From positions 1 through 52,913 of the forward strand of contig NIVC01004257.1 in NCBI GenBank assembly GCA_002269645.1: a DNA stretch of 52,913 bases, in the 5' to 3' direction. Below the pieces are notes generated by a model that did not search any database, was not told where the DNA came from, and was given only the letters and a program-made list of their open reading frames with translations. Source of the DNA: Macrostomum lignano. Taxonomy: Eukaryota. Positions 52,397-52,913 of the stretch are shown piece by piece. The stretch's first letter is position 1; each line of letters begins with the position of its first letter. Made by a program: the position numbers and the translations under genes.

Positions 52397-52913
52397 GTGA
52401 GCTAGTCACATGACAGATCTCTCGTTCTTTGAGTCCTAAAGTGCAGTAAACAAGTTTACTGCACTCGCTGGTCCTGTTTACTGGGAGAGTCACGTGCTTT
52501 CGGTCCCCTCCCTTCTCTAAGGAGAGGAGTGATTCATGTTGCTAAAAATAGCAACTGAGTCACAGCCGCGTGTACTTCTGCCCGGAGGCCATGAGTGACG
52601 TCAGTTCTAAAATAGAACGAGTCACGAGATCTTGTGCAATGGGACAGAGGTGAATCCCGCGCTATAAATAAGGACCCCTCTCCCCTTGTTTCCGTCAAGG
52701 AGTTTTCAGTTATCAGTATTTGTAGCCGAGTTCCTGAGATTCTGACTATTCGTCTTCGGAATCTTCTTCTTGTCTAGTTTTCCAGACTTCGTTCAGTTGC
52801 CCATTTAAGCTATCACCAATTGACCTGACTAAAACTTAGACGCCCAAGCCTAAGGGAGGCTAACACTGCCTTCCCAGCCACCCCTGAGCCCGCGGGGATC
52901 TGCTGATCAGGAC
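52397..52913 (+). other. Possible LTR / retroelement promoter end truncated by the window
   Basis: TG start, 12-bp perfect hairpin at 52440-52465, TATAAATAAG at ~52663. No partner LTR or ORF in the window. Confidence 0.3.

Overview
Eukaryotic (invertebrate metazoan) genomic DNA, not prokaryotic. GC-rich spliced exons, minisatellite-filled introns and poly-CAG tracts resemble a free-living flatworm such as Macrostomum, but that is inference only. Genes I can reconstruct by hand: a disrupted multi-pass membrane-protein exon (338-772, -), a single-exon orphan class-A GPCR (7183-8289, -), a 4-exon C2H2 zinc-finger gene with about 13 fingers (23092-28591, +), a 3-exon unc-4/Uncx homeobox gene (30945-32947, -), an intronless phospholipid scramblase (39402-40094, -) and a 2-exon beta-tubulin (43180-44615, -). 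Mobile DNA: a Ty3/Gypsy LTR element with both LTRs and a TSD but lacking protease and the RT core (2665-6153), a 2.1-kb TIR element with a decayed THAP domain (13845-15945), a Harbinger-like MITE, an element with an 8-bp TSD, a full-length decayed mariner, and tRNA-like SINE heads. About 15 different tandem arrays are present, and most long ORFs in the supplied track are read-throughs of them. Most interesting: (1) kb-scale CpG-free tracts, and TE/repeat variants showing both CpG and apparent CpA/TpG-to-TpA decay (RIP-like); (2) introns inflated by a different minisatellite each while keeping about 70 bp of unique sequence; (3) the THAP TIR element with an AAA|TTT junction. All counts were done by eye and need computational confirmation.
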